Virus record (IMG/VR): IMGVR_UViG_2698536317_000003
Source: a virus
Taxonomy: Duplodnaviria > Heunggongvirae > Uroviricota > Caudoviricetes
Direction: 5' to 3' (one strand)
DNA: 56,811 nt
Shown: in pieces, positions 26,713 through 34,871 of the stretch
Layout of the letters: every line of letters begins with the position of its first letter
Position numbering within the stretch: the stretch's first letter is position 1
Made by a program: the position numbers and the translations under genes
Notes under the pieces: generated by a model
Database searches by the model: none
What the model was told of the DNA's origin: nothing
What the model saw: the letters and a program-made list of their open reading frames with translations, nothing else

Positions 26713-28197
26713 TTAAAATCCGCGCAGGCGCTTCGGTAACATGAGGCCTATCGCCTGTGGCTGGCTTAGTTCGGTAATACCCCATACCATTGCGTCCATA
26801 CGGTCAGGGGATTTTTTAGCGGTGGCTGGCACATATTCCATCATTTGATTTTCCAGCGTGTACAGGCTGCCAGTGTGGGCCACCCTTCCCTGCGCATATA
26901 GTGCCGATATTGGCTCTGCACGGGCGAATTTACCTTTGCTTGCGTGCACCTTAACAATGCGGCCTTTGAATCCGGCATTGCGTAGCGTGGCCTCTGCCAT
27001 GTCACCGCCCTGGTTGGTTTCGATAACCATCGCGTCAGCTTCATGGATGTCATATGCTTTCATGGATGCTTGCGCCCAGTCGTTAGGCGACATGCGGCCT
27101 GAATAGTCACCATCAACAGAATACTGAGCATTCTTACCGCCACCATATGCGGAACACGCCACGATCCCCGTTTCGTCAGATTCATCAGATGACGTTGTCG
27201 CCGGGTCGATGGCTATTACCGTGCGGATCTTGTCCTGCGTTATCTGCATCCGGTGCGCTGCGGTTATCATCGCTTCAGTCCACAATGCACCCTCTTCGTC
27301 GAATTTACGCGGGCGCTGCATGTACTGGGCCTCAAATGACCGCCTGTGTGCTTTCAGTCCAGCTTCATGGGCGTCATTGTGCTTTTTAGGCCATAGCCAG
27401 CCGTCTGGCAGGTTGTGAGGAATAGGGATAGCGAACTCGTTTTCAGGATACAAATCCCGGTAGTCAACGCTGTTGTCGATCTTCACTGGCAGGTTCAGGT
27501 GATACCATTTCTCCCCGCTTCCACCACGTAGCAGGTAGCCGGACAAATCATCGTAGTGGATGCGCTGCATGATGACGATAACAGGCGTCGTTTGCACTGC
27601 CAGACGTGAAGCAAGCGTGTCGTTATAGTTAGTGTTTACCTGCTTTCTCACCACGTCAGAGTAAGCGTCGGCGGGCTTTAATGGGTCGTCGATGATTAAC
27701 GCGCCGTTAAATCCTGGTTCCATATACCCCGCACGGAACCCAGTAACCTGGCCAAGCGATGAAGTTGCATACACGCCGCCACCGTATTCAGTCCACCACA
27801 TCGATTTTGAGTTTGCATCGTTGCGGATCTTCATGGGCCACATTGCCTGATACTCAGGCGTACAGATCATGTTTCTTACAGTTGAGGAGTTGAGTAGCGC
27901 CAGGTTGTTGGAATAGGAAACGTGAAGGAATCGTGTGCGGGGATTTATTGCGAGGGACCGCGCCATCATATTGATAGTAGCGATCATGGTTTTGCCGTAC
28001 CCTGGGGGGATGTTGATGATGAGTCGGGTTATCTCACCATTGACAACGCGTTGTAGTGCGTCGCGGATAGCTAAATGATGGCCTGAGATTAACATCTTCG
28101 TTCCGTTCGCTTGCTTGTAAAAGTAGCGATTGAAAAACAGGCCATCGTTTTCACATTTGGACTGAATAACTCGTTCTTTGATTGTCAGCATAATCAC
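26713..28197 (-). CDS. Terminase large subunit
   Basis: 494-aa ORF with Walker A PPGYGKT and C-terminal nuclease-like region. Confidence 0.9.
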   Translation of the reverse strand: MIMLTIKERVIQSKCENDGLFFNRYFYKQANGTKMLISGHHLAIRDALQRVVNGEITRLIINIPPGYGKTMIATINMMARSLAINPRTRFLHVSYSNNLALLNSSTVRNMICTPEYQAMWPMKIRNDANSKSMWWTEYGGGVYATSSLGQVTGFRAGYMEPGFNGALIIDDPLKPADAYSDVVRKQVNTNYNDTLASRLAVQTTPVIVIMQRIHYDDLSGYLLRGGSGEKWYHLNLPVKIDNSVDYRDLYPENEFAIPIPHNLPDGWLWPKKHNDAHEAGLKAHRRSFEAQYMQRPRKFDEEGALWTEAMITAAHRMQITQDKIRTVIAIDPATTSSDESDETGIVACSAYGGGKNAQYSVDGDYSGRMSPNDWAQASMKAYDIHEADAMVIETNQGGDMAEATLRNAGFKGRIVKVHASKGKFARAEPISALYAQGRVAHTGSLYTLENQMMEYVPATAKKSPDRMDAMVWGITELSQPQAIGLMLPKRLRGF

Positions 28198-28679
28198 ACC
28201 TCATCTTCTACTTCCTGAACGATGCGGGCGATTTCTTCTTTCGTTACTTCCACCTGGACGGGTGCTTCTTCCTTGTTACCTACAATCTCCTGTGTAACGC
28301 GTTCACCATATTTGCGCGGTTGCAGTTTTGCCAATAGCCATTTACGGGTTTCAATCATCAGTTGATGTCTGCGGCATTGGTCTTTATCGGTGTTCTCCGC
28401 TGCGTCGGCTATATCGATAATCTCATCAGCCAACACCTCAAATCCGATCTCCTTCGCGCGCGCGTACATGGTGGAAAACTCGGGCACATCACGGAACCAT
28501 TTGAGGATTGTTGAACGGTTCGGCATGTCAGGCATCTTCGAGATTTTGTTAATACTCTGACCGTCCGCCACCAGCTCACAGATCTCTAATGCCTTTTCTT
28601 CGGTATAGCCATGCGGACGGCCCGTCTTTTTGGCTGCTGGCTTTTTATCGTCAGCCTTTGCCTTTTTCGTGCGGGCCAT
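28194..28679 (-). CDS. Terminase small subunit
   Basis: 161-aa ORF with N-terminal basic/HTH region, overlapping large terminase start. Confidence 0.7.
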   Translation of the reverse strand: MARTKKAKADDKKPAAKKTGRPHGYTEEKALEICELVADGQSINKISKMPDMPNRSTILKWFRDVPEFSTMYARAKEIGFEVLADEIIDIADAAENTDKDQCRRHQLMIETRKWLLAKLQPRKYGERVTQEIVGNKEEAPVQVEVTKEEIARIVQEVEDEV

Positions 28680-28689
28680 AATTCACCTC

Positions 28690-28773
28690 TTAAAATTTAT
28701 TCACTATATATAAACACTCAATTAATGTTGCGAAGTATATTGATACACCCAACAAGCTGGATAGATCTTTCAT
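28690..28773 (-). CDS. Micro-ORF a (27 aa), MKDLSSLLGVSIYFATLIECLYIVNKF
   Basis: AAGGAAA RBS; last member of array before small terminase. Confidence 0.35.
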   Translation of the reverse strand: MKDLSSLLGVSIYFATLIECLYIVNKF

Positions 28774-28783
28774 TTTTTCCTTA

Positions 28784-28849
28784 TTACGATAAAGCCACCA
28801 TAGTGATAACAATCGCAACAACCAGGAAAAAGAAATCAAGCCATTTCAT
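28784..28849 (-). CDS. Micro-ORF b (21 aa) single-TM peptide MKWLDFFFLVVAIVITMVALS
   Basis: AGGAG RBS 7 nt upstream. Confidence 0.4.
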   Translation of the reverse strand: MKWLDFFFLVVAIVITMVALS

Positions 28850-28866
28850 TTTTTAACTCCTGCGAT

Positions 28867-28938
28867 TCAGTTAACACTTAAAAGCACCGCAACGATGACG
28901 ATCACTATAATCATGCAAAAGAAGTCTGCCTCTCTCAT
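28867..28938 (-). CDS. Micro-ORF c (23 aa) single-TM peptide MREADFFCMIIVIVIVAVLLSVN
   Basis: ATGA start/stop overlap with ORF d. Confidence 0.4.
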   Translation of the reverse strand: MREADFFCMIIVIVIVAVLLSVN

Positions 28939-29015
28939 CTTTTTAACCCTCGATAAAAATCAACGGCAATAACCGCAATAACAGCCACCAGCAATAGCAT
29001 TTCGTATGCGTTCAT
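28935..29015 (-). CDS. Micro-ORF d (26 aa) single-TM peptide MNAYEMLLLVAVIAVIAVDFYRGLKR
   Basis: ATGA overlap with ORF e. Confidence 0.4.
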   Translation of the reverse strand: MNAYEMLLLVAVIAVIAVDFYRGLKR

Positions 29016-29110
29016 TTGATGCTACCCATAACAAGGCCGATGATGATAATTATGGCGATAATGCCCAACATCATCCCGCACATAATCGCCAGTAATTCGA
29101 ATATATCCAT
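29012..29110 (-). CDS. Micro-ORF e (32 aa) single-TM peptide MDIFELLAIMCGMMLGIIAIIIIIGLVMGSIK
   Basis: AGGTGA RBS; internal ATG of 67-aa track ORF. Confidence 0.4.
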   Translation of the reverse strand: MDIFELLAIMCGMMLGIIAIIIIIGLVMGSIK

Positions 29111-29118
29111 GCCGTCAC

Positions 29119-29193
29119 CTATACAACATTCTTCCACCAGAAATAGATAATGACGGCGACCAACGACCACCAGATGAGATCGTAAATACCCAT
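29119..29193 (-). CDS. Micro-ORF f2 (24 aa) Trp-rich single-TM peptide MGIYDLIWWSLVAVIIYFWWKNVV
   Basis: GAAGG RBS. Confidence 0.4.
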   Translation of the reverse strand: MGIYDLIWWSLVAVIIYFWWKNVV

Positions 29194-29204
29194 TGCGAAT
29201 ACCT

Positions 29205-29279
29205 TCAGCTTTCAATGAATATCATGATCGCCAGCCATACAGCGACGCAGGCAGAAAGTATAATTAGCGGGTCAATCAT
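29205..29279 (-). CDS. Micro-ORF f1 (24 aa) single-TM peptide MIDPLIILSACVAVWLAIMIFIES
   Basis: GGGGTGA RBS. Confidence 0.4.
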   Translation of the reverse strand: MIDPLIILSACVAVWLAIMIFIES

Positions 29280-29292
29280 ATTGTCACCCCAT

Positions 29293-29394
29293 TTAATACT
29301 TGCTCATTACGGTTATCAGTACGGCTATAATAAAACCCACCAGAAATGCAGAAATACCGATTAATCCGGCAATGATGTAAGCGTCCATAATCAT
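29293..29394 (-). CDS. Micro-ORF h (33 aa) single-TM peptide MIMDAYIIAGLIGISAFLVGFIIAVLITVMSKY
   Basis: Start shares one nucleotide with stop of ORF i (TAATG). Confidence 0.4.
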   Translation of the reverse strand: MIMDAYIIAGLIGISAFLVGFIIAVLITVMSKY

Positions 29395-29456
29395 TACTTC
29401 CACAACAAAAACAATATTACAGCCGCCGCCATTCCGATAAATAAATAAGCGTCCAT
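29394..29456 (-). CDS. Micro-ORF i (20 aa) single-TM peptide MDAYLFIGMAAAVILFLLWK
   Basis: GAGGGTG RBS inside the 3-prime end of the HExxH gene. Confidence 0.4.
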   Translation of the reverse strand: MDAYLFIGMAAAVILFLLWK

Positions 29457-29458
29457 AA

Positions 29459-30010
29459 TCACCCTCGTTTAAAGCTCATCACACGCGGTACAAGCGCTTC
29501 TTTTGCTTTAGGCTTACGTTTGCCTTTCTTAGTGGGTTTTTCTTCTTCCTTCGGGTGTTCTGCCTGTTCTAACTGATCAAGTGTCTTCTCCACTACTTCA
29601 GCCGCCTGCATTGCTGCAACCTCCGCTTCGTTTGATTCAGCCAAGATCGGGAAGAATGCATCAAACATGCGCCCAATCAGGTAAGCATAAGTCTCGTTTG
29701 CGGGGTGGCTGTCATCAGTGGTAGCCAGCACACCGACATCACTTAAACAGTGAAAGGTAGCGTGGGCCACTTCATGGACCAGCGTGCCTAATTCATGGTC
29801 AAATACAGCAACAACATAGAAGTTACCGCCGCCTTCACCAGTACAGGTTAACGTTAATCCACCAGCAAGCTCGAAGCCGGGATCGATTGGAATTCCTGCC
29901 TTTTCGCAAAACTCGTAGAACATGTCGCGGGTCGGGCAGAAGAAAACTGTTGTATGCTCAAAAAGCGGAATCTTGAATTGAGGCAACTTAATGCCTTTAG
30001 CCTTAGCCAT
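29459..30010 (-). CDS. HExxH-motif protein (putative zinc metallopeptidase-like), 183 aa, basic C-terminal tail
   Basis: Motif LVHEVAHATFH; located directly downstream of Rz/Rz1. Confidence 0.5.
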   Translation of the reverse strand: MAKAKGIKLPQFKIPLFEHTTVFFCPTRDMFYEFCEKAGIPIDPGFELAGGLTLTCTGEGGGNFYVVAVFDHELGTLVHEVAHATFHCLSDVGVLATTDDSHPANETYAYLIGRMFDAFFPILAESNEAEVAAMQAAEVVEKTLDQLEQAEHPKEEEKPTKKGKRKPKAKEALVPRVMSFKRG

Positions 30011-30346
30011 CAGAATATTCCTCTATCCTGAAAAATATAACCCCCGCAAAACTGGACACCGCAGGGAGTGAAAACAGCTATAAAACACTGAAAACGGCGC
30101 TGCGTGAGTACCGTTTCCAGAATTTTATAAAACTGGACCTGCTCAACATCTCTGGTAAACAGATCCGAACGCTCTTCCTACGCTTGGCAGGTGAGTAATG
30201 GCGCTTTCTTCTACCCAGGTAGCGCCTGACCTGTTAATGGGACTGTTGATCCGGTATTACGTGTTTTTGAATTTCCGCCGTCGCTCGCGGGAAGGATTGG
30301 CCCGGTTATGGCTGGCTAGCAGAAACGGCGACACGTCCACGCGCTG

Positions 30347-30817
30347 TTATTCTTTGCGTAAGCACTGCGTTTTGATGTAGCCCTGAAGCGCGGTTATCTT
30401 CGCGTCTTTCTCTTTTAGTTGTTCTCTGAGGGATAAATAAGATTGTCGAGCAGAGGCATCAAGTTCGCAGGTGGCTCCATCAATGCGGCTGGCGGTTCCG
30501 GCGGGGTCGGACACTCGCACGGGTATTGCGTTGACGCGCAACCGGATAGTACCGTTATCAATGCCAGTGCGCAGATCGGCAATGTCAGATCTGATAGCTT
30601 TAATCTCATCGTGATACCTCTTATCAAGTTTTGACAGTTCGGCGTTTCGCTCCTTCATCTGCTGAATAGTGTTACTTGCCGTTTTCAGTGCGCCTTTCGT
30701 TACCGTGACTTCTTCCTGCAACCTTGCCGCCTCACCCTGGTAATAACATGTTACGGCGGTCAGTCCGGCAATAATGCAAACAACAACGGCGATGATTAAC
30801 GTCTTCACCTTGTCCAT
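30347..30817 (-). CDS. i-spanin (Rz)
   Basis: N-terminal TM plus periplasmic coiled coil; resembles recalled lambda Rz; contains embedded Rz1. Confidence 0.8.
   Translation of the reverse strand: MDKVKTLIIAVVVCIIAGLTAVTCYYQGEAARLQEEVTVTKGALKTASNTIQQMKERNAELSKLDKRYHDEIKAIRSDIADLRTGIDNGTIRLRVNAIPVRVSDPAGTASRIDGATCELDASARQSYLSLREQLKEKDAKITALQGYIKTQCLRKE
30415..30609 (-). CDS. o-spanin (Rz1), lipoprotein embedded in Rz in another frame
   Basis: MRLKL...VLSGCAS lipobox and proline-rich [23 protein letters not shown] resembling lambda Rz1. Confidence 0.75.
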   Translation of the reverse strand: MRLKLSDLTLPICALALITVLSGCASTQYPCECPTPPEPPAALMEPPANLMPLLDNLIYPSENN

Positions 30818-31296
30818 TTCTCACCCCATTCGCAAACGGCATATTCAACCTCGCGGCGGTTTACCAGGCCTTGCCACTTCTTACCGCCAGCGTATACCCA
30901 GCGTTTAAGCTGTGCGCACGCTTCTGATTTCTTGCCGTCATTGAGTAGCTTTAATAAGGTTGATGTTTTGAAGTTGGTTGCGCCTACGTTATAGGCGAAT
31001 GAATAAAGTGCTGCGCGGGTAAAATCTGATATTTCGACTTTAATATAGGGATCGATAGCTTTTGCGGTTTTATGCAGATCTTTGTTTAACAAAGCATCGC
31101 ATTCTGATTGCGTGTAAGTTTTACCAAGCATGATGTCTTTTCCGGTGTGACCATGACAAACAGTCCACACACCAACAACATCACGATAAGGATCGTACTC
31201 CACGCCCTCTAATGGCTTAATCATCACCGCCGCAATTGCTATCGCCCCACCAGCCGCCGCCGCAACAATCTTGTTTTTCAGCGATTGGCTAATCAT
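30805..31296 (-). CDS. SAR endolysin (phage lysozyme with N-terminal signal-anchor-release domain)
   Basis: N-terminal Gly/Ala-rich TM followed by E...D...T lysozyme catalytic motif. Confidence 0.85.
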   Translation of the reverse strand: MISQSLKNKIVAAAAGGAIAIAAVMIKPLEGVEYDPYRDVVGVWTVCHGHTGKDIMLGKTYTQSECDALLNKDLHKTAKAIDPYIKVEISDFTRAALYSFAYNVGATNFKTSTLLKLLNDGKKSEACAQLKRWVYAGGKKWQGLVNRREVEYAVCEWGEKWTR

Positions 31297-31497
31297 TTAC
31301 TTGTTCCCCATTCGCGCGTCGTGTTCCTCTTGCGCTCGCTTGTTCTCCTGTGATTTAAAGTAATAATTAACGGCAAATGTGCCTACGGTTGATAAAATAC
31401 CCACAAAGACGGCAATGTCATTGATGGTTATCGCGCCGAAAAAAGCAGTTACGGCCCCAGTCACATACGCGCACGCCTCCCGTATTCTGTCGAACAT
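31297..31497 (-). CDS. Holin (small two-TM, pinholin-like)
   Basis: 66-aa ORF with two hydrophobic helices and charged C-terminus, immediately upstream of endolysin. Confidence 0.75.
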   Translation of the reverse strand: MFDRIREACAYVTGAVTAFFGAITINDIAVFVGILSTVGTFAVNYYFKSQENKRAQEEHDARMGNK

Positions 31498-31504
31498 AGA
31501 TTTT

Positions 31505-31540
31505 CCTCCAACAAAGCAAAAACCCGGCGCGGGGCCGGGT
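31505..31540 (-). terminator. Intrinsic terminator immediately upstream of holin RBS (tR-prime-like position)
   Basis: ACCCGGC-GCGGG-GCCGGGT hairpin followed on the minus strand by TTTTTGCTTTGTT. Confidence 0.55.
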
Positions 31541-31604
31541 AATTACAATTTCGCATTGTTAGGAAATATTTTAATCTGTTTGTTTGCGCTCTACAAATAC
31601 GGCG

Positions 31605-31832
31605 TTAACGATAAGGTCCAAGCAAACGAACAAGCCATTCTTTGTATTTGACGGCAACGTGTTTTGGTGCAAAATATCCTTGCACTTCCTTACCGCCTCG
31701 CCACTCCCTTCTAAATTCGCACTCGTTTTGATACTCCTTTCCGCTTTTACTATCCAGCCAGCAAGCAGGTGAGTAACCTTTTTCACTTCCGAACCGATGC
31801 CATATTGATGACAGTAAAACCCTTTCTTCCAT
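31605..31832 (-). CDS. Hypothetical protein (75 aa, Trp-rich, basic)
   Basis: ATG-initiated ORF upstream of holin terminator; overlaps alternative-frame ORF 31571-31786. Confidence 0.3.
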   Translation of the reverse strand: MEERVLLSSIWHRFGSEKGYSPACWLDSKSGKEYQNECEFRREWRGGKEVQGYFAPKHVAVKYKEWLVRLLGPYR

Positions 31833-32204
31833 ATTGCCCCCCCAACAAATACGGCTTTACGCTGTTCTGTATATCAGTCCGTTATCAAGCAATGTTTGCA
31901 TGTGTTCGCGATCCATGTCGCTTAATTCCCAATAAGGAACATCTTCATTCCTTATCATCACCTCTTCGCCTCTTACCAAATAGGCGATGTCAAATACCTT
32001 ATGCAAATAGATGCCATCTTCGATCTCGTTCATAGGTCGCTAGCCTTTACCAGTTCACCAGCATCAAGAAATATTTTAATTGTTTCTCGCGTCGTCTTAA
32101 TGATTGGCGCTACCCACTCGCCACCGCCAACGCGGATACGAATATCATCGCCTTCTACGCGGTAAAACAGCCTGTCGACTACTGTTGCTGCGTACACGCC
32201 ATCT

Positions 32205-32405
32205 TCAATCATTTTTGCGCTCCTTAATGGCTCGCATGATGTTAATACGCATAGCGTCACTGAATGCGTATATCGTAATGAAAGGCCAGAAGACTAGCTC
32301 GAACCAAATAATGCCGTCACTATCAACAGCTTTCTGAAAAGCGCCCATTAAAATGACACCAGCCAGGTAAATTATAACTACCGCAACAATAATGCATTCA
32401 ATCAT
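32205..32405 (-). CDS. Small membrane protein (MIECIIVAVVIIYLAGVILMGAF...), full-length copy
   Basis: Starts inside 227-bp duplication copy 1 and extends into unique sequence. Confidence 0.4.
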   Translation of the reverse strand: MIECIIVAVVIIYLAGVILMGAFQKAVDSDGIIWFELVFWPFITIYAFSDAMRINIMRAIKERKND

Positions 32406-32529
32406 CTTCACCCCCAAGATCATGATAAATATCGTTAGGGTCTTCACCATGTTCCTCGCAAAAACGCTCAAATAGCGCCCAATTTTCAGAAAGAAACATG
32501 ATTAATAAATTTTTATACCACTCTTCCAT
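32398..32529 (-). CDS. Acidic small protein MEEWYKN...GGEDD (43 aa), copy 1
   Basis: GAGGA RBS; identical copy at 32625-32756. Confidence 0.4.
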   Translation of the reverse strand: MEEWYKNLLIMFLSENWALFERFCEEHGEDPNDIYHDLGGEDD

Positions 32530-32539
32530 TTAATCATCC

Positions 32540-32632
32540 TCAGTCACTATCAACAGCTTTCTGAAAAGCGCCCATTAAAATGACACCAGCCAGGTAAATT
32601 ATAACTACCGCAACAATAATGCATTCAATCAT
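32540..32632 (-). CDS. Truncated small membrane peptide (30 aa) created by the duplication junction
   Basis: Same N-terminus as 32205-32405 ORF, stop created at repeat junction. Confidence 0.3.
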   Translation of the reverse strand: MIECIIVAVVIIYLAGVILMGAFQKAVDSD

Positions 32633-32756
32633 CTTCACCCCCAAGATCATGATAAATATCGTTAGGGTCTTCACCATGTTCCTCGCAAAAACGCTCAAAT
32701 AGCGCCCAATTTTCAGAAAGAAACATGATTAATAAATTTTTATACCACTCTTCCAT
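32625..32756 (-). CDS. Acidic small protein MEEWYKN...GGEDD (43 aa), copy 2
   Basis: Identical to copy 1; start abuts stop of upstream ORF. Confidence 0.4.
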   Translation of the reverse strand: MEEWYKNLLIMFLSENWALFERFCEEHGEDPNDIYHDLGGEDD

Positions 32757-33011
32757 TTAATCATCCTCATCGTCTTCATGTTCAGCCAGGAACTCATCAA
32801 CCACGCGGCAAGTCACTGGCGGGATGTATTCGAAATCATCAGAATCAAGATCAAGCGTCCGGCTGTCGCCGTCATCGTCCAGCGTATTCATCCCTAACTC
32901 ACCGAAAGGGCCATACCCAATATGGCCCAGGTATTCGCATCCAGTAGTAAAGCCAGGGTATTCGCCTTTGCACCAGATCTTGTATAGCTTACTTGATGCG
33001 CTCAATTTCAA
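32757..33011 (-). CDS. Hypothetical protein (84 aa, acidic C-terminus)
   Basis: ORF in small-gene block. Confidence 0.35.
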   Translation of the reverse strand: MKLSASSKLYKIWCKGEYPGFTTGCEYLGHIGYGPFGELGMNTLDDDGDSRTLDLDSDDFEYIPPVTCRVVDEFLAEHEDDEDD

Positions 33012-33312
33012 TTCCCCCTTCTACCCCTTCAGTCATTTTGTATTCCGCAAACAGTTCAGCGCCAAGTAATTCGACATCAGTATCACCAATACCAGGGAAC
33101 GCCAGATAAGCAAAAATAAGGCTTTTAATTCTATTCAGGTCTTCAAGATGGTCTGCATTAAAAGGCGGTTCAGTTACATGGAAGCATTTAACGTGCGCGT
33201 CGTCTTCAGTGGCTACACGGAAACATGCGCCAGGTTGTCCGGCGAATTGCCCTAATGTTTCCTTGCTCGGTAAAGTGCCACGAAAAACTTTAACGCTAAT
33301 AAATTTAGACAT
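32989..33312 (-). CDS. Hypothetical protein (107 aa)
   Basis: ORF in small-gene block. Confidence 0.35.
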   Translation of the reverse strand: MSKFISVKVFRGTLPSKETLGQFAGQPGACFRVATEDDAHVKCFHVTEPPFNADHLEDLNRIKSLIFAYLAFPGIGDTDVELLGAELFAEYKMTEGVEGGIEIERIK

Positions 33313-33315
33313 TTA

Positions 33316-33573
33316 TTATTCTCCTTCATAAAGAATTGCCACCAGTTCGGCATCTGTTAGCGTGTTGTGATCTTTATAAGTACCGTAGCGGGCAACGAAA
33401 GCTATTTCGCCAGCTATTTTCCGCCACATAGGGATAGACTCATTAAAATAGGTATTCTCCATTGCCTCCCTGTACGCCAGTTCATAAAAACGCCCGCTAT
33501 TTACATCTTCAATAACGCGGCTGTATGTGCCATCAACGCTACTAACGCCGCGCCACAGCCTGAACACAACCAT
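33316..33573 (-). CDS. Hypothetical protein (85 aa)
   Basis: ORF in small-gene block. Confidence 0.35.
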   Translation of the reverse strand: MVVFRLWRGVSSVDGTYSRVIEDVNSGRFYELAYREAMENTYFNESIPMWRKIAGEIAFVARYGTYKDHNTLTDAELVAILYEGE

Positions 33574-33575
33574 AA

Positions 33576-33875
33576 TTAAAACTCCGCACCAGGTAAGCTA
33601 CGCGCTTTATTTACAACATCTTGTTTTAACAATAATAGTGAGTGATAATGCATGTTAAACATTCTGCAAAGTGGTGTTTCACTATTTTCTGACTTAATTT
33701 TGAATAACTGGTTTGCAGTAAAAATCATGTCGTCGTCTGTTATGTATAACCAGTCGCCGCGCTTACCAACAACAATATGAGATTTTCCCCAGCTATCTTT
33801 AAATTCATAATTGCAGAAAACATCACCTTTAGGCACTTCAACAAAACAGCACGCTATGAATTTATCGCTTTTCAT
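33576..33875 (-). CDS. Hypothetical protein (99 aa)
   Basis: ORF in small-gene block. Confidence 0.35.
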   Translation of the reverse strand: MKSDKFIACCFVEVPKGDVFCNYEFKDSWGKSHIVVGKRGDWLYITDDDMIFTANQLFKIKSENSETPLCRMFNMHYHSLLLLKQDVVNKARSLPGAEF

Positions 33876-33917
33876 GATTCAACCCTTCTGGTTTGATGGG
33901 CCATCCGACCCCGTGCT

Positions 33918-34127
33918 TTATCCTTCTTTGCCTCCCTTGAACCCCAAACACTCCGCGTATTCGTCAATGCTTAATGCTTCTTCACCTGGTGCCAGTAGTT
34001 CGAAGTATCTGGCATATAACTCAAACACCCAGGCAGGATATTTTGCGTTTGCGTTCATCTTCTTGCCCCCCCATCCGTCTTTCTGTGGCTTATATATAAC
34101 AAAATGGCACTGCCGAAACAATGCCAT
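33918..34127 (-). CDS. Hypothetical protein (69 aa)
   Basis: Start ATG lies inside a CCATTTTGTATAC motif. Confidence 0.3.
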   Translation of the reverse strand: MALFRQCHFVIYKPQKDGWGGKKMNANAKYPAWVFELYARYFELLAPGEEALSIDEYAECLGFKGGKEG

Positions 34128-34174
34128 TTTGTATACATTGTGATACGAGTCACATTTTGCGCAATTAACTTTTA

Positions 34175-34441
34175 TCAGAAAGCCCCTTTATAATCGACCG
34201 TGTATTTTGCCACCAATTTCCATTCACAATAATTTTCCATGTCGCGCGGTTGCCAGCCTTTCATCCCGACAGCACTCCGCGCAGCGTGACGGCGACAATT
34301 GTCGTTAAGATCTACAACACACCACGGCTGAAGGATAAACATGTATTGCGCCTCGTTAACAAGGATCGCCATCTGCTTTCCTGTTGCCTTATCTTTCGCC
34401 CGGAAATAACTTACCCCGATTTTCATTTTTAATAACCTCAA
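34175..34441 (-). CDS. Hypothetical protein (88 aa)
   Basis: ORF in small-gene block. Confidence 0.35.
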   Translation of the reverse strand: MRLLKMKIGVSYFRAKDKATGKQMAILVNEAQYMFILQPWCVVDLNDNCRRHAARSAVGMKGWQPRDMENYCEWKLVAKYTVDYKGAF

Positions 34442-34637
34442 TCAACATTTCTTCTTCCAGGTTAGCCGGACGTTTACGAAATATCCCGGCAAAAACCAGA
34501 TCGTCGAGTAGGTCTTTACGCTTAAATAACCACTCCTTCATTATTACCCCGTCGTCGCTGCGATATACGACGCCGTTTTTCAGAAAATAAAAAGTACGGG
34601 TGTTTGTCTGGAGGTATAGATCTTCGTAAACGTCCAT
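34389..34637 (-). CDS. Hypothetical protein (82 aa)
   Basis: ORF in small-gene block. Confidence 0.3.
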   Translation of the reverse strand: MDVYEDLYLQTNTRTFYFLKNGVVYRSDDGVIMKEWLFKRKDLLDDLVFAGIFRKRPANLEEEMLIEVIKNENRGKLFPGER

Positions 34638-34641
34638 GATG

Positions 34642-34869
34642 TTAACCCTCGACTACTTCCAGCCCGCGACCCTTGTCGCCTACGAACTCTGCCAGGCTGA
34701 ATGTATACGACCACGCCGGATTTATGTGATGGTCATCAGCGCCAGCGGCAATTAGGTCAGCACCGTTAATCATGCAAGTGACACCATCGCTATGAACGAC
34801 GTTAACCACCTTACCAACAACCTGTTTCAGTGACGGATAACCGTGATCATGCAAGAATTTGACTTTCAT
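34642..34869 (-). CDS. Hypothetical protein (75 aa)
   Basis: ORF in small-gene block. Confidence 0.35.
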   Translation of the reverse strand: MKVKFLHDHGYPSLKQVVGKVVNVVHSDGVTCMINGADLIAAGADDHHINPAWSYTFSLAEFVGDKGRGLEVVEG

Positions 34870-34871
34870 CT

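Larger units (their letters stand above)
32316..32769. repeat. Perfect tandem duplication, 2 x 227 bp
   Basis: 32316-32542 is base-for-base identical to 32543-32769 on direct comparison. Confidence 0.9.

Noticed and set aside
28611-28856. 81-aa plus-strand ORF across the terminase/micro-ORF junction
   Set aside because: Overlaps the small terminase start and micro-ORFs a and b on the opposite strand; the minus-strand micro-ORFs have RBSs and translational coupling, this one does not.
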